This document shows, piece by piece, positions 50,894 to 61,428 of a stretch of DNA of 64,000 nt. Both the position numbers and the translations under genes were made by a program. This DNA is from Angustibacter luteus (GTDB lineage Bacteria > Actinomycetota > Actinomycetes > Actinomycetales > Angustibacteraceae), in the NCBI RefSeq assembly GCF_039541115.1, contig NZ_BAABFP010000002.1, positions 930,001 through 994,000 of the forward strand, read 5' to 3'. The first letter of the stretch is position 1. The number at the start of each line of letters is the position of its first letter. Under the pieces are notes generated by a model, which saw only the letters and a list, made by a program, of their open reading frames with translations, searched no databases and was not told the origin of the DNA.

Positions 50894-51799
50894 TCAGCCG
50901 ACAGGCGTCCAGAGCCGGTCGATGGGCATGACGTAGAGCCGGTCCTCGAAGCTGAACGAACGCGGACCAGTGGCCAGGACCACTCCGGCGATGAACCTCT
51001 TGCCGAGCGCATCGCGCAGCTTGCGAAGGCCAGAGAACTCCCTGCCTGGGACGCGTTCGCCGGCCTTCACCTCAAAGGCCAGCACACCGCCGTCGTCGAA
51101 CTCGATGACGAAGTCGACCTCGTCTCCGTCGTGAGTGCGCCAGTGCCCCACGGTGACCTGCTCTTCGAGCCACGAGACCTGCTTGCGCAATTCACCAACC
51201 ACGAAGGTTTCCAGAAGGTTCCCGAACTCGGTCAACGCAGTTGGGTCCAGGCTGGCCAGCTTGTCCGGCGTGAGCCGCAGCAATCGTGCTGCGAGCCCGG
51301 AGTCGACCATGTGCACTTTGGGACTGGAGGCTGCTCGGGCGCGCAGCGTCTTGCCCCATGCTGGTAGTCGCGCGATGAGGAAGAGATCTTCGAGGAGCTT
51401 GGTGTACTCCTCGGCGGTCTTGCGTTCCACGCCGAGCCCGTCGATGGCGTTGCTCAGGTTCAGGATCTGCCCGGTCCTGCCACCCAGGCGGTTCAGTAGC
51501 TCGCGCAGGACCTGTCGCTGCCTGATGCGCACCAGCTCCAGGGCGTCGCGCTCTACCGACTGGGAAACGTAATCGTCGAACCACCGGTTGCGTGCCGCCA
51601 GCGAACGGTTGATCGCCAAGGGAAACCCGCCTGCGCAGACGCGTTCGATGTACTCGCTACGGGTGGTGGTCGAGGAGGGGTGGGCAAGCACAGCGGGCTC
51701 GGGATTCGTGCGAAGCGCCGGGATGAGGTCTTCGATGACGCCGGCGATCTCTCCCTGGGACAGCGGCCAGATCTTCATGGAGTGCAGACGACCGGTCAA
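50894..51799 (-). pseudogene. N-terminally truncated AAA+ ATPase (AAA_14/DUF4143-like)
   Basis: LTGR..PLSQGE, GGFP, KVHMVDSGL, ETFV..EL, EVDFV..EVK; no Walker A/B; in-frame TAG a few codons upstream. Confidence 0.65.
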
Positions 51800-51962
51800 C
51801 GCCCCGAGGCTAGTTAACTACCAAAATCCGAGGGCTCAAACTGCCAAAGTACGAGGGGAAGACCTCCGGATTTCGACGTCGGGACGGCGAGCCCTCGAGC
51901 ACCCATCAAGGCTCAACCCTGCCAAGATCGCCACCCGTTGCTGTCGTGGCACCACGTTCGGG

Positions 51963-52982
51963 TCAGCGCGCGTCGAGGGCGCGCTCGAGCTCCGGGACGG
52001 TCAGGGACGCCGGGCGGGCACCGGACGACGACGCCTGGCGGGCGAGCGCCTGGACCCTCGCGTTCAGCGGAGCCTCGCCGCCGTGGGCCCGGGCGATGGC
52101 GACGATCTCGCCGTTCAGGAAGTCCGCCTCGTTGGAGTCGGCGCCGCGAGCGAGCGACTGCCAGGTCGACCCGCCCATCTGCGCTGGCTCACCGGGGACC
52201 ACGCGGTCGACGAACAGGTCCCGGCGCCAGGCGTCCTCCTCGTCGGCGCTCGCGCACTCGATTCCGGCGTGCGCGAGCACGGCGGCCCCCTCCTGCCGCA
52301 GGCGGGCCGACACCGCGCCCGCGCCCTCGGCGTCCGGCCCGACCAGCGCCTGCACGGCGTTGCCGAGGTTGGTCAACAGCTTGCGGTACTTCCAGCGCAG
52401 GACGTCCTCGACGACGTGGATCTCGAACCCGGCTCGTTCGAGGTCCGCGGCGACGCCGTCCAGCAGGCCGTCGGCACGCCCGCCGGGCGGCACCTCGCCG
52501 AGGATCAGCACGCCCGACCTCGGCGCGATCCGGACGAACACCTCGCCCGGCTCCAGGCTCACCGCGGGCAGCCACACGCACACCCCGACGACCCGGTCGA
52601 AGTAGCGATGGGCGATCTGCTCGGCCGCCACGCCGTTGAGCGCCAGGAGCACCGGCAGCCGCTCCCCCGCCGTCCCGACCTGGTCGTCGCCCTCGTGCAC
52701 GGGCACGTCCACCCACTCCCGCAGGGCGCCCTCGACCTGCTGGGTCTTCGTCGCCATGACCAGGACGTCGTCCGCGCGCAGCCGCACGTCGGCCGGCGAC
52801 CGCACGACGTCCACCCCGATGACGACGTCCTCGTCCGGCGTGCGCAGGCGGAGGCCGACGTGCTCGATCAGGTCGGCCCGACGGCCCCGGGCCGCCAGCA
52901 CCACCCGGTCGCGACGCTGCTGCGCGAGCCGGGCCGCGATCGCCCCACCGATCGACCCGGCCCCGATCACGACGTACCGCAT
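51963..52982 (-). CDS. Ketopantoate reductase (PanE/ApbA) family protein
   Basis: GAGSIGG Rossmann motif; ATKT; LNG; KYRKLLTN; STWQS..EADFLNG. Confidence 0.9.
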   Translation of the reverse strand: MRYVVIGAGSIGGAIAARLAQQRRDRVVLAARGRRADLIEHVGLRLRTPDEDVVIGVDVVRSPADVRLRADDVLVMATKTQQVEGALREWVDVPVHEGDDQVGTAGERLPVLLALNGVAAEQIAHRYFDRVVGVCVWLPAVSLEPGEVFVRIAPRSGVLILGEVPPGGRADGLLDGVAADLERAGFEIHVVEDVLRWKYRKLLTNLGNAVQALVGPDAEGAGAVSARLRQEGAAVLAHAGIECASADEEDAWRRDLFVDRVVPGEPAQMGGSTWQSLARGADSNEADFLNGEIVAIARAHGGEAPLNARVQALARQASSSGARPASLTVPELERALDAR

Positions 52983-53031
52983 GCCACCTCCGATGTGGGC
53001 GTCCGCTCATCCTGCCCTGCGCGCAAAACGC

Positions 53032-53071
53032 GAGCCAGGGCCGACCCGGCGTACCGGGTCGGCCCTGGCTC
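53032..53071 (-). terminator. Intrinsic terminator after rplL
   Basis: Perfect 18-bp stem, UACG loop, followed by GCGUUUU. Confidence 0.85.
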
Positions 53072-53101
53072 AGGGTGCTCAGCGTGTCGCTGAGCGGGCG
53101 A

Positions 53102-53485
53102 TCACTTGAGGGTGACGGTGGCCCCGGCGCCCTCGAGGGACTCCTTGGCCTTCTCCGCAGCAGCCTTGTCGACCTTCTCCAGGACGACCTTGGGGGCGCC
53201 GTCCACGAGGTCCTTGGCCTCCTTCAGGCCGAGGGAGGTGAGGGCGCGCACCTCCTTGATGACCTGGATCTTCTTGTCGCCAGCAGCCTCGAGGACGACG
53301 TCGAACTCGTCCTGCTCGGCCTCGGCCTCGGCGGGGGCAGCGCCACCACCGGCAGCGGCAACCGCGACCGGAGCCGCAGCGGTGACCTCGAAGGTCTCCT
53401 CGAACTTCTTCACGAACTCGGAGAGCTCGATCAGGGTCATCTCCTTGAACGACTCAAGCAGGTCGTCCGTGCTGAGCTTCGCCAT
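53102..53485 (-). CDS. rplL: 50S ribosomal protein L7/L12
   Basis: [20 protein letters not shown]. Confidence 0.98.
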   Translation of the reverse strand: MAKLSTDDLLESFKEMTLIELSEFVKKFEETFEVTAAAPVAVAAAGGGAAPAEAEAEQDEFDVVLEAAGDKKIQVIKEVRALTSLGLKEAKDLVDGAPKVVLEKVDKAAAEKAKESLEGAGATVTLK

Positions 53486-53566
53486 GTCGGCGTTCCTTCC
53501 TGTCTTCGCCCGCGAACGGGCGGTCGTGTGTGGGCGGGCTCGCCCGGGGGGTGGTGCTTCGGGCGA

Positions 53567-54091
53567 TCAGCCCTGGTCCTGCTCGACCTTCTGACGAAGG
53601 GCGTCGACCACGCGGGCGGTCTGGGCCAGCGGGGCGGCGAACAGAGCCGCAGCGCCGGACATGGACGCCTTCATGGCGCCGGCCAGCTTGGCCAGCAGCA
53701 CCTCACGGGACTCGAGGTCCGCGAGCTGCTTGACCTCGTCGGCCGTCAGCGGCTTGCCGTCAAGCAGGCCGCCACGGACGACGAGAGCGGGGTGATCCTT
53801 GGCGAAGTCCCTGATCTTCTTCGCCGTCTCCACCGCGTCACCGGTGATGAAGGCGATCGCGGACGGGCCGGCGTACTGGCCGTCGAAGGCCGAGACACCG
53901 GCTTCCTTCGCCGCGATCTCGGTCAGGGTGTTCTTCACCACGGCGTACGTCGCGTGCTCACGGATGGCGCTGCGCAGCTCGGTCAGCTGGGCCACGGTGA
54001 GACCGCGGTACTCGGTCAGCACGGCCGCGTTGGACTCACGGAACTTGTCGGTGAGCTCAGCGACGGCTGCTGCCTTGTCGGGCCTGGCCAT
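53567..54091 (-). CDS. rplJ: 50S ribosomal protein L10
   Basis: TEYRGLTV...VVKNTL. Confidence 0.98.
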   Translation of the reverse strand: MARPDKAAAVAELTDKFRESNAAVLTEYRGLTVAQLTELRSAIREHATYAVVKNTLTEIAAKEAGVSAFDGQYAGPSAIAFITGDAVETAKKIRDFAKDHPALVVRGGLLDGKPLTADEVKQLADLESREVLLAKLAGAMKASMSGAAALFAAPLAQTARVVDALRQKVEQDQG

Positions 54092-54204
54092 GGGCCTCCT
54101 TCCACGGGTGAAGCGCCGGCGGTTCCGGACCCGCTCATGACGAACGCCCCGGCGCTAGGCGCACGGGGCGTGGACGACCGCGTCACGGGGACGCACTGTC
54201 GAGA

Positions 54205-54295
54205 ACCTCGGTCACCTGCGCGGGTCGCCCGCGTGAGCGGACTTTCGGACGTCGTGCCAGGTGCGGCACTCGGTCGACCAGCGGTCTTGGGCAGC
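54205..54295 (-). promoter_or_regulatory. Putative L10 leader RNA
   Basis: AAGACCGCTGG...CCCGCGCAGG pattern upstream of rplJ; boundaries approximate. Confidence 0.5.
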
Positions 54296-54354
54296 CTCCA
54301 GAGTACGGGGCGGGGCGCCGTCCGACCAAATCGGCCCACTCCGGCCGTCCCACC

Positions 54355-54420
54355 ACCCCGAATGTCCCGATATTCGGGGCTATGGATCCGCCATGACCCC
54401 GAATGTCGGGACATCTGGGG
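54355..54420. repeat. REP-like palindromic intergenic repeat, copy 2
   Basis: Two 24-nt quasi-palindromes (CCCCGAAT...GGGG) that are also imperfect inverted copies of each other; similar to 5212-5277. Confidence 0.6.
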
Positions 54421-54453
54421 TGCCGGGGCGCCGGGGTGCCGGGGCCCGGCGGC

Positions 54454-55356
54454 TCAGCTCTTCGTCGTCTTGCCCGGGGCCTTGTTGACGGTGATCCGGA
54501 TCCGGTCCGGGGAGGCGATCTTCGAGGCCGGCGGCAGGTCGAACGCGTGCCCGGCCTTGACCGGCCGCACCTTCACCTCGAACGTGGTCGGCCCGAAGTC
54601 CTGCACCAGGGAACGGATCAGGCCCGCCGAGTCGATCTCGATCTGCAGGTATGCCTTCTCGCCCTTGAGCAGGCGCAGAGCCCTGCGCAGCCGCGGGTCC
54701 AGCTTCTTGCCCGCCAGGGTCTTGGCGACGTCCAGCTCACCCTTGTAGACCTGCACCGGCTCGTCCAGGATCTGGCTGGAGCCGGCGGGCACCAGCCCCC
54801 GCTCCAGCGCCAGCGCGTTGACGTCCTTGAGGTCGTCGCGCTTGGCCACCGCCCGCATCTGGTCGCCGAACTGCTTGAACGCCTTCGAGATGCCGTCCTT
54901 GCCGCCCGGGCGCAGGCGGACCCACGTCTTCGGCATGTTCGAGATCAGGCCGAGCGCGTACACGTCGCCGTCCTGCTGCACGATCGTCTCGATGACCTGC
55001 TTGCCGAAGGTGACGCTGGCGCGCAGCCGGTGCGGCGTGACGCCGTAGTCGATGGTGTCGACCTCGGCGAAGATCCGGTCGTCGCGGTAGGTGTAGTTCG
55101 TCTGCGTCTCGACGTACCGCACCTTCTTGCGGGCGGTCACGGCACGCACCAGCAGCGCCTTGGTGTCGGACGCCGAGGCGGTCGCGACGGACGTCGGGCC
55201 GGCGGTGGCCGTGGCACTGGCCGTCGCGCTCGCGGACGTCGAGGGGCTGCTCGAGGCACCCAGGCTGGCGACGGAGCCGCCGGAGTCGGAGCACGCGGCG
55301 AGGGCGAGGGCCAAGGTGCCGGCGGTCAGCGCGGCGAGCACGGGACGACGGGGCAC
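54454..55356 (-). CDS. Putative lipoprotein (LppX/LprAFG-like)
   Basis: Lipobox LAAC, Ser/Ala/Thr linker, beta-rich body ending IEIDSAGLIR...LPPAS; GTG after AGGAG. Confidence 0.75.
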   Translation of the reverse strand: MPRRPVLAALTAGTLALALAACSDSGGSVASLGASSSPSTSASATASATATAGPTSVATASASDTKALLVRAVTARKKVRYVETQTNYTYRDDRIFAEVDTIDYGVTPHRLRASVTFGKQVIETIVQQDGDVYALGLISNMPKTWVRLRPGGKDGISKAFKQFGDQMRAVAKRDDLKDVNALALERGLVPAGSSQILDEPVQVYKGELDVAKTLAGKKLDPRLRRALRLLKGEKAYLQIEIDSAGLIRSLVQDFGPTTFEVKVRPVKAGHAFDLPPASKIASPDRIRITVNKAPGKTTKS

Positions 55357-55504
55357 GGGCACTCCTCGCTGCAGGGGCCCGAGGTGTCCGGAGCCAGGCG
55401 CATCCTGCCAGCACGAAGACCCGCGGCGCGCACCATTCGCGCAAGACGTGGCCATCCGGCCCTGAGAACCACTTGGAGCGCGAATGGTGCGGCGGACGGG
55501 ACGG

Positions 55505-55539
55505 CGAAGGGCCCCTGCCGCAGTGGCAGGGGCCCTTCG
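55505..55539 (-). terminator. Stem-loop after rplA
   Basis: Perfect 15-bp inverted repeat. Confidence 0.7.
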
Positions 55540-55556
55540 GACGACGCGGGGCCGGG

Positions 55557-56279
55557 TCAGGCGGACTCGGCCTCGTCGGCGACGGTGACGTTGCGCGTGC
55601 GGTTCGGGTCGACCGGGATGCCCGGGCCCATCGTGGTGGCGACGGTGGCCTTGCGCAGGTAACGACCCTTGGCGGACGACGGCTTGAGCCGCAGCACCTC
55701 CTCGAGCGCGGCGGCGTAGTTCTCCACGAGGTTCTGCTCGCTGAACGACGTCTTGCCGATGATGAAGTGCAGGTTCGCGTGCTTGTCCGAGCGGAACTCG
55801 ATCTTGCCGCCCTTGATGTCGGTAACGGCCTTGGCGACGTCCATCGTCACGGTGCCGGTCTTCGGGTTCGGCATCAGGCCACGCGGGCCGAGCACCTTGC
55901 CGAGCCGGCCGACCTTGCCCATGAGGTCGGGGGTGGCGACGACGGAGTCGAAGTCGAGCCAGCCGCCCTGGACCTTCTCGAGCAGATCGTCGCTGCCGAC
56001 GAAGTCGGCGCCCGCGGCGGTCGCCTGCTCAGCGCGCTCACCCGTGGCGAAGACCAGGACCCGAGCGGTCTTGCCGGTGCCGTGCGGCAGGTTGACGGTG
56101 CCGCGCACCATCTGGTCGGCCTTGCGGGGGTCGATGCCCAACCGGAAGGCGACCTCGACGGTCGCGTCGTACTTCGTGGTCGACGTCTCCTTGGCGAGGC
56201 GGACGGCGTCCAGCGGTGCGTAGAACTTGTCGGCGTCGATCTTCTCGGCCGCCGAGCGGTAGGACTTGCTGCGCTTCAT
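55557..56279 (-). CDS. rplA: 50S ribosomal protein L1
   Basis: [30 protein letters not shown]. Confidence 0.98.
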   Translation of the reverse strand: MKRSKSYRSAAEKIDADKFYAPLDAVRLAKETSTTKYDATVEVAFRLGIDPRKADQMVRGTVNLPHGTGKTARVLVFATGERAEQATAAGADFVGSDDLLEKVQGGWLDFDSVVATPDLMGKVGRLGKVLGPRGLMPNPKTGTVTMDVAKAVTDIKGGKIEFRSDKHANLHFIIGKTSFSEQNLVENYAAALEEVLRLKPSSAKGRYLRKATVATTMGPGIPVDPNRTRNVTVADEAESA

Positions 56280-56377
56280 GTGGTGCTCCCTGGTTCTGGG
56301 TGGGGGTGTGGTCGAACGGGCCAGCGCTGGCCCTGCCACGGACTTCTGGGTCGTGCAGGTGGTGCGAGGGGTGGTGC

Positions 56378-56812
56378 TCAGCCCTCGACCGTGATGCCCA
56401 TCGAGCGGGCGGTGCCGGCGATGATCTTCGCGGCGGCGTCCACGTCGTTCGCGTTGAGGTCCTCCATCTTGGACTGCGCGATCTCGCGGACCTGCTCGTT
56501 GGTGAGCTTGGCGACCTTGGTCTTGTGCGGCTCGCCGGAGCCCTTGGCCACGCCAGCGGCCTTCTTGATCAGCTCGGCGGCCGGCGGGGTCTTCGTGATG
56601 AACGTGAACGAGCGGTCCTCGTACACGGTGATCTCGACCGGGATGACGTTGCCGCGCTGGGCCTCCGTCGCGGCGTTGTACGCCTTGACGAACTCCATGA
56701 TGTTCACGCCGTGCTGGCCGAGAGCCGGGCCGACGGGCGGCGCGGGGGTCGCGGCACCGGCCTGGATCTGAAGCTTGATGAGGCCAGTGACCTTCTTCTT
56801 CTTGGGGGGCAT
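56378..56812 (-). CDS. rplK: 50S ribosomal protein L11
   Basis: [15 protein letters not shown]...GTARSMG. Confidence 0.98.
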
Positions 56813-56888
56813 TTCTCGGGTCCTTACGTGGTGCGGGTTCTCGACGCGGTCGGACGACGACGTCGGGGTCTGTGGGGGCTGCCGGGGC

Positions 56889-57662
56889 TCAGATCTTCGC
56901 GACCTGGCTGAACGACAGCTCGACGGGCGTCTCGCGGCCGAAGATCGACACGAGCACCTTGAGCTTCTGGGCGTCCGCGCTGATCTCCGAGATCGTCGCC
57001 GGCAGGGTCTCGAACGGGCCCTCCATGACGGTGACCGACTCGCCGACCTCGAAGTCGATGACCCGGACCGGGGCGGCGGCCTTCTGGCCGGGCTTCTCCT
57101 TGACGTCGAGCGTGGGGGCCAGCATCGAGAACACCTCGTCGGTGCTCAGCGGCACCGGCTGGTGGGTGTTGCCGACGAAGCCGGTCACGCCCGGGGTGTG
57201 CCGGACGGCGCCCCAGGACTCGTCCGTGAGGTCCATCCGGACCAGGACGTAGCCGGGCATGCGCACGCGGCGGACCTGCTTGCGCTGGCCGTTCTTGACC
57301 TCGGTGACCTCCTCCATGGGGACCTCGACCTGGAAGATGAAGTCCTCCATGGTCAGGCTCTGGATGCGGGTCTCGAGGTTCGTCTTCACGCGGTTCTCGT
57401 AGCCGGCGTAGGAGTGGATCACGAACCAGTCGCCGGGGGCGCGGCGCAGGCCGGCCTTGAACTCCTCGACCGGGTCGACGTCGTCGTCCTCGTCCGCGGT
57501 CGCGTCCTCGGTCGCGTCCTCGACGGGCGCGTCCACGACGGCGGCGTCCACCTCGGCGTCTGCCTCGGCAGCGTCGTCGTTGGTGGACAGCTCGACCTCG
57601 GCGGCGCCGTCAGGGGCGTCCTCACCGATGGTCTGCGTCGTCGGATCCGTCTGGTCGGACAC
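56889..57662 (-). CDS. nusG: Transcription factor NusG (acidic N-terminal extension)
   Basis: [22 protein letters not shown] domain, [10 protein letters not shown]. Confidence 0.98.
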   Translation of the reverse strand: MSDQTDPTTQTIGEDAPDGAAEVELSTNDDAAEADAEVDAAVVDAPVEDATEDATADEDDDVDPVEEFKAGLRRAPGDWFVIHSYAGYENRVKTNLETRIQSLTMEDFIFQVEVPMEEVTEVKNGQRKQVRRVRMPGYVLVRMDLTDESWGAVRHTPGVTGFVGNTHQPVPLSTDEVFSMLAPTLDVKEKPGQKAAAPVRVIDFEVGESVTVMEGPFETLPATISEISADAQKLKVLVSIFGRETPVELSFSQVAKI

Positions 57663-57724
57663 GTCGTGCCTGCTTCCTCGTCGTCAGTCGTGCGTGCGGG
57701 TCGTGCTGGTCCTGCTGGTCCTGC

Positions 57725-57952
57725 TCAGCTGCTGGAGCCGCCGAAGACCCGGACCACGACGGCGCCGAGCCCGATGTCGAGCGCGGCGACGAACGCCATG
57801 ACCGAGACCACGAACACCATGCAGACCGCGGTGTACGTCAGCAGCTCGGTGCGCGTCGGCCGGACGACCTTGCGCAGCTCCGCCATGACCTGGCGGAAGA
57901 ACAGCCCGATCCGCGACAGCGGCCCTCGTCGGGCGGTGCTGGTCTGGCTCAC
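57725..57952 (-). CDS. secE: Preprotein translocase SecE
   Basis: FFRQVMAELRKVVRPTR plus one TM helix. Confidence 0.96.
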   Translation of the reverse strand: MSQTSTARRGPLSRIGLFFRQVMAELRKVVRPTRTELLTYTAVCMVFVVSVMAFVAALDIGLGAVVVRVFGGSSS

Positions 57953-58083
57953 TGTCCCTCACCTGGTGCTCGTCGGAATCCACCCGCAAGGCGCATCAGG
58001 CGCCCCGGGGCCGGGACCGTGTCGTCGACGCGGCCCCGCCGCCTCGCGGCGGGTCGGTGCTCACCCCACGAGGGGGTGCAACG

Positions 58084-58156
58084 CAGGGCAGGAGGGACTT
58101 GAACCCCCAACCGTCGGTTTTGGAGACCGATGCTCTGCCAATTGAGCTACTGCCCT
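58084..58156 (-). tRNA. tRNA-Trp (CCA)
   Basis: Cloverleaf: AGGGCAG/CTGCCCT acceptor stem, anticodon loop CTCCAAA, TTCAAGT T-loop; 3' CCA not encoded. Confidence 0.97.
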
Positions 58157-58345
58157 TCAGGTCGTCGACGCCCCGCTGAGACCACCCAGCATCGAACCCC
58201 GGGCAGGCGACAGCATGGCGGCCGTCAACCACCGCAAGGAAGTGTACGCGAGTCACGGCCACCGGGTCGAACCGGCCGACGGTCGGTCCGCCCGCCGCGG
58301 AACCTGGTCGACGCCGACCGGGGTCCCGGTGGGAGGATGGCTGTC

Positions 58346-59599
58346 GTGAGCGAGCCGACGACGTCCACCAGCCCCTCCAAGATGTCCGCCGCGACCGCGC
58401 AGCGCCGCGTCTCCCAGCGTATCGGCGCCATCGCGGAGTCCGCGACGCTCGCCGTGGACGCCAAGGCCAAGGCGCTCAAGGCCGAGGGCCGCCCGGTGAT
58501 CGGGTTCGGCGCGGGCGAGCCCGACTTCCCGACGCCGGACTACGTCGTCGAGGCGGCGATCGAGGCCGCCCGGGTGCCGGCGAACCACCGCTACACGCCC
58601 GCGGGTGGGCTCCCCGACCTCAAGAAGGCCATCGCGGCCAAGACCGAGCGGGACAGTGGCCTGCTGGTCGCTCCCGACCAGGTGCTGGTCACCAACGGCG
58701 GCAAGCAGGCGGTCTACCAGGCCTTTGCGACCCTGCTGGACCCCGGCGACGAGGTCATCGTGCCGACTCCGTACTGGACGACGTACCCCGAGGCGATCAA
58801 GCTGGCCGGCGGCGTCCCGGTCGACGTGTTCGCCGGCGCGGACGCCGGGTACCTGGTCACGGTGGACCAGCTCGAGGCCGCCCGCACGGACCGCACCAAG
58901 GTGCTGCTGTTCTGCTCGCCCTCGAACCCGACCGGCGCGGTCTACCCGCCCGACCAGGTCAAGGCGATCGGCGAGTGGGCGCTCGAGCACGGCATCTGGG
59001 TGGTCACGGACGAGATCTACGAGCACCTCGTGTACGACGGCGCCGAGTCGGTCTCGATGCCGGTCGTCGTGCCGGAGCTGGCCGACACCTGCGTCGTGCT
59101 CAACGGGGTCGCCAAGACCTACGCCATGACGGGGTGGCGGGTCGGCTGGCTGCTCGGCCCGAAGGACGTCGTGAAGGCGGCCACCAACCTGCAGTCGCAC
59201 GCCACGTCCAACGTCGCGAACGTGTCCCAGCGAGCGGCGATCGCCGCGCTGACTGGCGACCTGTCCGCCGTGGCCATGATGCGCGAGGCCTTCGACCGCC
59301 GCCGGCGCACCATCGTCGACATGCTCAACGCGATCGACGGCGTGCACTGCCCGACGCCGCAGGGCGCGTTCTACGTGTACCCCTCGGTCGAGGGCGTGCT
59401 CGGGCGCACGATCCGCGGCCGGACGCCGACGACGTCTGCCGAGCTGGCCGAGCTGATCCTGGACGAGGTCGAGGTCGCCGTCGTGCCGGGCGAGGCGTTC
59501 GGTCCGAGCGGCTACCTGCGGCTGTCGTACGCGCTCGGTGACGCCGACCTGGCCGAGGGCGTCGGTCGGATCCAGGAGCTGCTCGGCGAGGGCCGCTGA
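58346..59599 (+). CDS. PLP-dependent class I aminotransferase (aspartate aminotransferase-like)
   Basis: [29 protein letters not shown]; start could also be ATG 58337. Confidence 0.93.
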   Translation: MSEPTTSTSPSKMSAATAQRRVSQRIGAIAESATLAVDAKAKALKAEGRPVIGFGAGEPDFPTPDYVVEAAIEAARVPANHRYTPAGGLPDLKKAIAAKTERDSGLLVAPDQVLVTNGGKQAVYQAFATLLDPGDEVIVPTPYWTTYPEAIKLAGGVPVDVFAGADAGYLVTVDQLEAARTDRTKVLLFCSPSNPTGAVYPPDQVKAIGEWALEHGIWVVTDEIYEHLVYDGAESVSMPVVVPELADTCVVLNGVAKTYAMTGWRVGWLLGPKDVVKAATNLQSHATSNVANVSQRAAIAALTGDLSAVAMMREAFDRRRRTIVDMLNAIDGVHCPTPQGAFYVYPSVEGVLGRTIRGRTPTTSAELAELILDEVEVAVVPGEAFGPSGYLRLSYALGDADLAEGVGRIQELLGEGR

Positions 59600-59607
59600 C
59601 CGCGACC

Positions 59608-60645
59608 GTGGCAGCACAGCGCGACCTGGCCGCCCTGCCGAAGGCGCACCTGCACCTGCACTTCACGGGCTCGATGCGGCCGGCGACGGTGATCGACCTG
59701 GCGCACCAGCACGGCATCCACCTGCCCGACGCGCTGACCAGCGGCCAGCCGCCGGAGCTGCACGCGACGGACGAGAAGGGCTGGTTCCGCTTCCAGCGGC
59801 TCTACGACATCGCGCGCTCGTGCGTGCGGACCGAGGACGACGTCCGCCGGCTGGTGCTGGAGGCGGCCCAGGACGACGCCCGGGACGGCTCGCGCTGGCT
59901 GGAGATCCAGGTCGACCCGACCTCGTACGCCGTGCACCTGGGTGGGCTGACCCCGACCCTCGAGCTCGTCCTGGACGCCGTGAAGGTGGCGAGCGCGCGG
60001 ACCGGTGTCGGCATCGCGGTCGTCGTCGCGGCCAGCCGGATCCGGCACCCGCTGGACGCCCGCACCCTGGCCCGGCTGGCCGTCCAGTACGTCGGCGACG
60101 GGCCCGGCGAGGTGGTCGGCTTCGGGCTCAGCAACGACGAACGCCGCGGCCGCACCGAGGACTTCGCGGGGGCCTTCCGGATCGCCCGCAACGCTGGCCT
60201 CGCCAGCGTGCCGCACAGCGGTGAGCTGCTCGGCCCGGACCACGTGCAGGTGACCCTCGACGCGCTCGCGCCGGACCGGATCGGCCACGGCGTCCGCAGC
60301 GTCGAGGACCCACGCGTGCTCGAGCAGATCGTGCAGCGCGAGATCACCCTGGAGACGTGCCCCGGCTCGAACGTCGCGCTCGGCGTCTACCCCGAGGCCG
60401 AGGCGGTGCCGCTGCGGACCCTGCTGGACGCCGGCGCCCGGGTCGCCCTCGGCGCCGACGACCCGCTGCTCTTCGGCACCCGGCTCACCGACCAGTACCG
60501 GATCGCCCGCGAGGTGCACGGCCTGGACGACGCCGCGCTGGCGGCGCTGGCGGCGTCCTCCATCCGCGGCTCGCGAGCGCCGGACGACGTCAAGCGCGGG
60601 CTCCTCGGGGACGTCGACGCCTGGCTGGCGAGCGACCCGACGTGA
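59608..60645 (+). CDS. add: Adenosine deaminase family protein
   Basis: PKAHLHLHFTG, HSGE, RIGHG, CPGSN, ADDP. Confidence 0.9.
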   Translation: MAAQRDLAALPKAHLHLHFTGSMRPATVIDLAHQHGIHLPDALTSGQPPELHATDEKGWFRFQRLYDIARSCVRTEDDVRRLVLEAAQDDARDGSRWLEIQVDPTSYAVHLGGLTPTLELVLDAVKVASARTGVGIAVVVAASRIRHPLDARTLARLAVQYVGDGPGEVVGFGLSNDERRGRTEDFAGAFRIARNAGLASVPHSGELLGPDHVQVTLDALAPDRIGHGVRSVEDPRVLEQIVQREITLETCPGSNVALGVYPEAEAVPLRTLLDAGARVALGADDPLLFGTRLTDQYRIAREVHGLDDAALAALAASSIRGSRAPDDVKRGLLGDVDAWLASDPT

Positions 60646-61427
60646 CCGCCCCGGCCGTCGTGACCGGGATCGGCGAGGTGTTCCGGGTCTTCGACCAGCA
60701 GGACTCCGGCTGCGTCTCCTACGGGGTGCGTCGCGGCTCCGAGCGGTACTTCGTGAAGACGGCGACGACACCGGCCGCCGACCGGTCGCTGCGCCGGGCG
60801 GTCGAGGTGCACGGCGCGGTCCAGCACCCGGCACTGGTGGCCCCGGTCCGGGTGGAGCCCGACGGCGACGGCATCGCCCTGGTCTACCCGTGGGTCGACG
60901 GCGACGTGCTCTACCACGCGACCGTCGGACCGGACGGCCGCGCGACGTCGGCCCGGCGAGACGACCCGGGCAGTCCGCTGGCGCGCTTCCGCGGGCTCCC
61001 GCTGCCAGCCGTGCGACGGGCGATCAGCACCATCCTCGAGGCCCACGTGCCCGTGGACGAGGCCGGCCTGGTCGCGGTCGACCTGTACGACGGCTGCTTC
61101 CTGTACGACTGGGCGGCCGACGCGGTGCGGATCATTGACGTCGACGAGTACCGCCGGGGGCCGTTCGTCCCGGACACGCAGCTCCCGGGATCGACCCGGT
61201 TCTACGCGCCCGAGGAAGTCGGTGTCGGTCAGGTCGTGGACCGTCGGACGACGGTCTTCCGGCTCGGTCGGGTCGCTCGGCTGCTGCTGGACGCCGGCGA
61301 CACCGAGTCGGCCTGGCGGGGAAGCGGGGCCGAGCTCGAGGTGATCGCACGAGCCACCCACCGGGATCCGGACCAGCGCTTCCAGTCCGTCGCCGACCTG
61401 GTGGCGCACTGGCACGCCGCCGGCTGA
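60642..61427 (+). CDS. Protein-kinase-like fold protein
   Basis: FVK, HPALV, DLYDG, IID, GSTRFYAPEE, RFQSV; GTGA overlap with add. Confidence 0.8.
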   Translation: MTAPAVVTGIGEVFRVFDQQDSGCVSYGVRRGSERYFVKTATTPAADRSLRRAVEVHGAVQHPALVAPVRVEPDGDGIALVYPWVDGDVLYHATVGPDGRATSARRDDPGSPLARFRGLPLPAVRRAISTILEAHVPVDEAGLVAVDLYDGCFLYDWAADAVRIIDVDEYRRGPFVPDTQLPGSTRFYAPEEVGVGQVVDRRTTVFRLGRVARLLLDAGDTESAWRGSGAELEVIARATHRDPDQRFQSVADLVAHWHAAG

Positions 61428-61428
61428 G

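Noticed and set aside
58084..58156. tRNA as the UGA decoder (tRNA-Sec or suppressor)
   Set aside because: It is an ordinary 73-nt tRNA-Trp: CCA anticodon, short variable loop, 7-bp acceptor stem, G at position 24 (no Hirsh-type change), in the usual position before secE. No sel genes are visible in this window.
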